Shown piece after piece: positions 24,786 to 28,927 of a DNA stretch of 28,927 nucleotides (position 1 is its first letter; each line of letters begins with the position of its first letter). The notes beneath the pieces were generated by a model. It saw only the letters and a program-made list of their open reading frames with translations. It was not told the DNA's origin and ran no database searches. Made by a program: the position numbers and the translations under genes. The stretch comes from a virus (lineage: Duplodnaviria > Caudoviricetes): the IMG/VR virus record IMGVR_UViG_3300021133_000025, positions 1 to 28,927 of that record. The stretch is one strand, 5' to 3'.

Positions 24786-25115
24786 TTACTTACCGTAATC
24801 GCTACGTTTGTGATCGTACACGACTTTTTCAGACGAACCAGTGTTCATCTCGCCGCAACGACCATCAACGCGACCCATGTGCGAACCATTGCGTGAACCG
24901 ATGCTGTCAGCCTTGCCCATAGCAACGCCACCAACAATCTTAGCCTTGCGCTCGCCAGATGTATCGCTAGACAAAACACCCTTGGGCATTTTCTCGCCAG
25001 ACACGCCAGGCTCGTAGGCTTCACGGTCAACTTTAGACACATGAATTTTCTTTTCACCAGTACGGTCGCTCGATTTAGCGCCCTTTGGCTCTTTTTCCAT
25101 ATTTGGGTAACCCAT
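24786..25115 (-). CDS. Hydrophilic Gly/Lys/Ser-rich protein with internal duplication
   Basis: Start moved to ATG 25115 (AAGGA RBS); EKEPKGAKSSDRTGEKK and EKMPKGVLSSDTSGERK. Confidence 0.75.
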   Translation of the reverse strand: MGYPNMEKEPKGAKSSDRTGEKKIHVSKVDREAYEPGVSGEKMPKGVLSSDTSGERKAKIVGGVAMGKADSIGSRNGSHMGRVDGRCGEMNTGSSEKVVYDHKRSDYGK

Positions 25116-25189
25116 TTCAATTTCCTTTGCAAAGAAAAATTTGCCATAATTGGCACACACATTATAGGAGTTTTTCCAATGGCAACCAA
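25104..25189. promoter_or_regulatory. Divergent control region with three palindromes and opposed -10 boxes
   Basis: tgggtAaccca (25104-114), ctttgcaaag (25125-134), tgccaTAATtggca (25142-155). CATAAT on plus at 25145-150; TATAAT on minus at 25166-161 with TTGGTT 17 nt upstream. Confidence 0.55.
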
Positions 25190-25403
25190 ATTTTCTGTTA
25201 AAGCTGAAAAGCCCAAACACCGTGAACCTTCAAACTACGTTATCGAACGTGAGTACAAAAAAGAGCGCCGCGAGGTCATGGGCTTGGAAAAAGAACTGCG
25301 TGAACACGAAAAAACTGACGCTGCCCACGCTCACCCCATGCACATGAGCCACGAACGTAAGTCACAAAAAGACGCACCCTTGCCCAATATGCGTAAGTTC
25401 TAA
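25179..25403 (+). CDS. 74-aa charged, His-rich protein; only credible plus-strand gene
   Basis: TAGGAG RBS before ATG 25179. It fills a gap with no minus-strand gene, and its stop overlaps the convergent gene's stop. Confidence 0.75.
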   Translation: MATKFSVKAEKPKHREPSNYVIEREYKKERREVMGLEKELREHEKTDAAHAHPMHMSHERKSQKDAPLPNMRKF

Positions 25404-25717
25404 GGCGTTATCTCTTTAGGCCACAAACCCTGCTCAACAAGGCGGCACACAGTCTTTTGTAGTGCCAGCATGAACAACTCACGTTTTTGTTCCTTGTTGA
25501 GTTTATTTCCTTGATCTAGTTCGTAATGGCATTTTTGGCATAGTGCCGCCACGTATTCGTCCGAGGCTTTAATGCTTCTGCCTTTGCCATGTTCCGCAAG
25601 GTTTGAGTGTGCCGCCTGCGTCTGGCCTTCTATGTAGCAGTTTTGGCAGGGCAATGATGCTACGTTTTTCAGATGTTGCTTGCTACGAAAGTAATTAAAC
25701 TTTGGTCTGGCAGTCAT
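25400..25717 (-). CDS. DUF968/DUF1364-type Zn-binding HNH-like protein
   Basis: RS..HL..VASLPC..C, QAAHSN...HGKG..IKA.D, LC..CH. Confidence 0.78.
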   Translation of the reverse strand: MTARPKFNYFRSKQHLKNVASLPCQNCYIEGQTQAAHSNLAEHGKGRSIKASDEYVAALCQKCHYELDQGNKLNKEQKRELFMLALQKTVCRLVEQGLWPKEITP

Positions 25718-26172
25718 ATCACCACCACATCCTTACCGTGTGAACGTATGTTGTTGCGAGTTTTCTCAATCATGCGCTCATAAACCGACCTCGCCACGCT
25801 TGTGCGCTGTAAATCATGCCATTCCCGCACGTTTTGAAGCGCTTTGATGCCTTGACCATCCAATCCCATACGTTCGGTGGCTTCGTACCTTAAAGCGGCT
25901 TTATGTAGGCTTTCTTGTGCTAATTTGCAGTCTGGCAGGGCTTCAGGGCCGATGCCGCTTTTAGCAAATGTTTCGCAAATGTTCATTAAATCAACCAACA
26001 TTCGCCAATCTTCAACTGTGCCTTGACCCATTCGCATGGATTCTAAGGCTGACAATTCAGCTAAACGTAGTTTGTTTAGGCTTGCTTCGTCTGTGATAGC
26101 AGCGCCTGCGATAGCGTGAGCAACCACATCAATATCGGTTGACCAAATTTTTCTTCGGCATTGCTTTCTCAT
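25714..26172 (-). CDS. Hypothetical phage protein
   Basis: 152-aa helical ORF, ATGA-coupled at both ends. Confidence 0.75.
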   Translation of the reverse strand: MRKQCRRKIWSTDIDVVAHAIAGAAITDEASLNKLRLAELSALESMRMGQGTVEDWRMLVDLMNICETFAKSGIGPEALPDCKLAQESLHKAALRYEATERMGLDGQGIKALQNVREWHDLQRTSVARSVYERMIEKTRNNIRSHGKDVVVI

Positions 26173-26399
26173 ACGATTGACCCCGCTAAGTCACAAAGCC
26201 TGTCGTAGTCTCTGTAATTCAAGCTATTCAAAATGTCGTTGCATTGTGTTCTGTAATATCCCCATAAAATTAATAAATACAACACATCATGCTCATTGTT
26301 TTTTTCCCAAAATTCATAAGCTGTCAATAAATAAATTGCTCCATTCATTCTGGCAGAACAATATGCTTCGTATTTTTGTAAAAGTTCTTTGTCAGTCAT
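26169..26399 (-). CDS. Hypothetical protein (AT-rich)
   Basis: AGGAG RBS; ATGA-coupled at both ends. Confidence 0.65.
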   Translation of the reverse strand: MTDKELLQKYEAYCSARMNGAIYLLTAYEFWEKNNEHDVLYLLILWGYYRTQCNDILNSLNYRDYDRLCDLAGSIV

Positions 26400-26587
26400 T
26401 TCATGCTCCTGATCTCGTCTAAAACTTTGTAAATTTGTTGGTCGGGTTTGCGTCTGAGAACACCGAGGATTTTTTCTCGTTCTTGTTCTGCTACCAGTTT
26501 GGAAAACTCGTAAATAAAGTGTTCACCGCATAGTTCTTCGTGAACTTGCGCCTGTCTAGCCATCTCAATGATGTCTTCTTGTGTCAT
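26396..26587 (-). CDS. Small nin-region protein, MTQ..II/F.KLVA..ERE family, copy 2
   Basis: MTQEDIIEMARQA...FSKLVAEQERE; GAGGTG RBS. Confidence 0.7.
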   Translation of the reverse strand: MTQEDIIEMARQAQVHEELCGEHFIYEFSKLVAEQEREKILGVLRRKPDQQIYKVLDEIRSMK

Positions 26588-26808
26588 GCTTCACCTCTTG
26601 CTCGGATTTCTTTTGCACAAAAATAAGCTGCAATGCCTAGATAAACTGCATCTTCACACAGCTTTGCACACGCCTCACGCTCTTTAGCTGCCACCAGTTT
26701 GGCAAAGGCTTCAAGATGATTTGTAATAATGATTGAATTGTCATCTCGACCTTCTTCATCGCACAAATACACTTTTTTTCCAAATTCAATAATTTCATCT
26801 TGTGTCAT
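26584..26808 (-). CDS. Small nin-region protein, same family, copy 1
   Basis: Start moved to ATG 26808 (AAGGTG RBS, ATGA overlap): MTQDEIIE...LEAFAKLVAAKEREACAKLCE...CAKEIRARGEA. Confidence 0.7.
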   Translation of the reverse strand: MTQDEIIEFGKKVYLCDEEGRDDNSIIITNHLEAFAKLVAAKEREACAKLCEDAVYLGIAAYFCAKEIRARGEA

Positions 26809-27134
26809 TGGGTCACCTTGTCTGTCATGCGGTTGCTGGCTTCTTCTGACCGCCAAACATCAACCCGCATCCTTGCAGCTTCCATTCCCCACTTGAGGAA
26901 TTCCTCGATTTCAATAGCCGCAGCCAAGCCCTCTAAAAGCGCCTGATAGTCTGGATGGCTATATGCGTATCGCTCTTGTGCGTTTGCCGCCTCTACGCCC
27001 GTTTTAAGGGCTTCTGTCATCAGTAAAGCCTTCTTTGACTTCCTGAATTCTTCAAGGTGGCAGCGTTTGGCTTTTGCGGCTGCAAATTCTTTGCGGTTTT
27101 TGAGGATGTAATCAATTGCTTCATGGGCGCTCAT
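26805..27134 (-). CDS. Helical phage protein (possibly UvsY-like fold)
   Basis: LEEFRKSKKALLM, AQERYAY.HPDY, R.DVWR.EEA.NR; coiled-coil pattern. Fold assignment is tentative. Confidence 0.65.
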   Translation of the reverse strand: MSAHEAIDYILKNRKEFAAAKAKRCHLEEFRKSKKALLMTEALKTGVEAANAQERYAYSHPDYQALLEGLAAAIEIEEFLKWGMEAARMRVDVWRSEEASNRMTDKVTQ

Positions 27135-27412
27135 AATGTTTCCTTAATAGCCCCGATTGCTCTTAGGGCTGCTTCTGCGTTGTCAACACGGCACAATGTA
27201 CCACCAATCCAATGCTCAAAAAACTCCTGTTGTAATTTTGTCAACTTTTTTTTATTGTTAGCTTTGATTTCCATCAACCAAGTGTGATTGCGGTATCCAA
27301 CAAGCAAATCGACAGGTAAACCAATAATCCAAACGTATGCGCCAGCCGCCCGTAATGCTGACACAATTTGTTGTTGATTGGCATCAATTCGGGCTGCTCG
27401 TCTCATCTTCAT
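27131..27412 (-). CDS. PD-(D/E)xK nuclease (VRR-NUC/Holliday-junction resolvase-like)
   Basis: RAARID.NQ..IV.ALR..GA.V, PVDLLVG, LMEIK, LT..Q..F...W.G. Confidence 0.82.
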   Translation of the reverse strand: MKMRRAARIDANQQQIVSALRAAGAYVWIIGLPVDLLVGYRNHTWLMEIKANNKKKLTKLQQEFFEHWIGGTLCRVDNAEAALRAIGAIKETL

Positions 27413-27599
27413 CTTCTTTCAAAATTTCATCCCAATTTGGATGATGATTAGTGTCATCATTTTTGTCTTGTTGTTCCATGTGGTTGTCTAAAAGGTCAAC
27501 AACTTGAAAAATTGCCAAAGTTTGAGTGACGTTTAAACCCTCAATGCTGGTCAGTATCCGAATGGCTTGTTTCAACGCCTCTGGATTTGTTTTCATCAA
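27384..27599 (-). CDS. Hypothetical protein with acidic tail
   Basis: ATGA-coupled to 27596..27838; helical N-terminal half. Confidence 0.55.
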   Translation of the reverse strand: MMKTNPEALKQAIRILTSIEGLNVTQTLAIFQVVDLLDNHMEQQDKNDDTNHHPNWDEILKEDEDETSSPN

Positions 27600-27795
27600 T
27601 CTTCGCTTTTACGTCTGCGCCCAAATTCTTGAACATCCCCGAAGGCTCGTTCATAAGCTGCTTCACCATATAACGTGCGTGATCTAACGTAGCAGGACAC
27701 ATCGCCATCTTTGCGTAATGGATTACTTGTTGATCGTATATCGCCTGTAAGGATGAGTGCAATTGTGATTTGCTCTTGGGGTTGCCAGATTCCAT
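27541..27795 (-). CDS. Hypothetical protein, largely overlapping 27596..27838
   Basis: AAGGTG RBS; protein-like helical core YDQQVIHYAKMAMCPATLDHARYMVKQL. Confidence 0.5.
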   Translation of the reverse strand: MESGNPKSKSQLHSSLQAIYDQQVIHYAKMAMCPATLDHARYMVKQLMNEPSGMFKNLGADVKAKIDENKSRGVETSHSDTDQH

Positions 27796-27838
27796 TTTTC
27801 ACCTTGTCAAGAATTTGGTGTGCTTCATTTTTGTTCAT
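27596..27838 (-). CDS. Hypothetical protein
   Basis: N-terminal MNKNEAHQILDKVKNG...IT.ALILTGD helical hairpin; start lies within the end of the upstream gene. Confidence 0.6.
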   Translation of the reverse strand: MNKNEAHQILDKVKNGIWQPQEQITIALILTGDIRSTSNPLRKDGDVSCYVRSRTLYGEAAYERAFGDVQEFGRRRKSED

Positions 27839-28238
27839 ACGCTTGCGCTTTCATTTCACGTTTTAATTCGTCTAACTTTTGCAATGCAATTTGTTTTTGC
27901 CTTTGAATTTCAGCCAATTCACGCTCTGTTTTTTGATGTGTGACCAATTGCACAGGTTTGCTTGGAATTTCAGGGCCAGCATTGCATAAATCACGAAACT
28001 TAAGCGCCGATGGTGGATAGTCTGAATTCAATTTACGCAAAGCAAAATCAAGACTTGGCTTGTATGTAAGAAACCGACCAAGGTTTTCACGCCAAACTTG
28101 CCTCACCAAACCCAAATCCATGCCTTCCCAATGTCGGTTAAATGATGCACCGTAAATTGCGCCCATGTAGCCAAAAATGTAATCAAGGCCACTTTCGGCA
28201 TCACAAAAATCAGTTTCCGAGTAAGCGTACATTTCCAC
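27825..28238 (-). CDS. Replication accessory protein (lambda P-like position)
   Basis: Follows the initiator; GGAGG RBS; M.AIYG.SF.R.W and YPPSA.KFR.LC motifs. Confidence 0.6.
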   Translation of the reverse strand: MEMYAYSETDFCDAESGLDYIFGYMGAIYGASFNRHWEGMDLGLVRQVWRENLGRFLTYKPSLDFALRKLNSDYPPSALKFRDLCNAGPEIPSKPVQLVTHQKTERELAEIQRQKQIALQKLDELKREMKAQAYEQK

Positions 28239-28926
28239 CTCCGACTAAACCACGAGTTAATCCAGACATTACCGTTTGATTTGTTTGACCAGTTTTGCTC
28301 ATCGGATTGTCTTTGCTAATCCATTCAGCTTTCAACCCTTGGCTTCCACGAGTACACCATTCAGCCAAAAATTGCTCAAGTGACCAACCCAACTTTTCAG
28401 CTTCTTTTCTTGCACCATTTACAACCGTGTTTGTCACAGATGCTTTTTTTGTTTTACGAAGTTGCAACCAATCATCCCAAACTTGTTTTGAAACATCTGG
28501 TGGGCAAGCAACGCTAGTTGCTTTTACTTTGTGTCTTGTGTCTTGTGTTATGGGTAATGTGTTATGTGTAGCATTGCTTTCGGATTGCGATTGCAATGCG
28601 TTCGCATCTTTAGCTCTGTTCCATCTAGCTTTGGCGCTGGCACTGGCTTTTTCAGACTTCTCACCTGTCTTAGCAATTTCTTTGTTTGCTCGATGATGAA
28701 TCCACCCAATCTCTGTGCGTTCAAAATACTCTTGCAATACCAACGCAATGCAATCGCTATGCGAACGCATACGAATCTGCCTTGCAATCTCGGTTAAATC
28801 AAGTGGAATTGGTGATTCGTGAAGATAGTACCAATCAAGCAAACGCCGATAGGTAAGGTCTTCCATCTCTGAAAGATGTTCCGTGTGACTTTTATAGTCA
28901 CCAATGTTGAACTGGTAATAGTGCAT
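28210..28926 (-). CDS. Replication initiator-like protein, DUF1376/YdaU family
   Basis: MHYYQFNIGDY...T.HLS..ED..YRRLLD.YY..E.P N-domain, repeat-encoded linker, PPDVS..VW.DW...RK.KKA C-domain. Confidence 0.85.
   Translation of the reverse strand: MHYYQFNIGDYKSHTEHLSEMEDLTYRRLLDWYYLHESPIPLDLTEIARQIRMRSHSDCIALVLQEYFERTEIGWIHHRANKEIAKTGEKSEKASASAKARWNRAKDANALQSQSESNATHNTLPITQDTRHKVKATSVACPPDVSKQVWDDWLQLRKTKKASVTNTVVNGARKEAEKLGWSLEQFLAEWCTRGSQGLKAEWISKDNPMSKTGQTNQTVMSGLTRGLVGGGNVRLLGN
28530..28571. repeat. Six tandem 7-bp repeats
   Basis: tgtgtct tgtgtct tgtgtta tgggtaa tgtgtta tgtgtag. Confidence 0.9.
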
Positions 28927-28927
28927 T

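Noticed and set aside
28530-28571. CRISPR-like array
   Set aside because: These are 7-bp tandem units without spacers. No repeat-spacer array was seen anywhere in the window.
1-28927. tRNA genes, integrase/att sites, alternative genetic code
   Set aside because: Intergenic gaps are all under about 80 bp with no cloverleaf, and no recombinase is present. Genes read through intact under the standard code, with TAA, TGA and TAG all used as stops.

Overview
This window is about 29 kb of a tailed dsDNA phage genome with a P22-like (podovirus-type) virion module. Almost all genes lie on the minus strand. In transcription order (right to left) it holds: a DUF1376/YdaU-type replication initiator with a repeat-rich putative origin, a nin-like string of small genes, one lone plus-strand gene at a palindrome-rich divergent junction, a phage GroES, an LPD23-type HExxH metallopeptidase, TerS, TerL, P22-like portal, scaffold and coat, small structural proteins, three fibre/receptor-binding proteins (two with C-terminal intramolecular chaperone domains), gp4-like and gp10-like tail proteins, a cupin, three probable ejection proteins, and an unusually large lysis region ending in an embedded Rz/Rz1 pair and a truncated GH19 endolysin. 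The Rz/Rz1 pair implies a Gram-negative host. The gene content resembles uncultured freshwater Betaproteobacteria phages (inference from recall, not a search). The most notable observations are: a five-gene overlapping membrane/lipoprotein cassette ahead of the spanins, with an apparent AUU start; one mobile ~67-aa beta module grafted into both gp4 and gp10; a leader-plus-AT-rich-effector polyvalent protein; -10 boxes sitting inside palindromes; and several genes missed or mis-started by the ORF track. No tRNA, rRNA, CRISPR array, integrase or reverse transcriptase was seen. All family calls are from motif recognition, without database searches.
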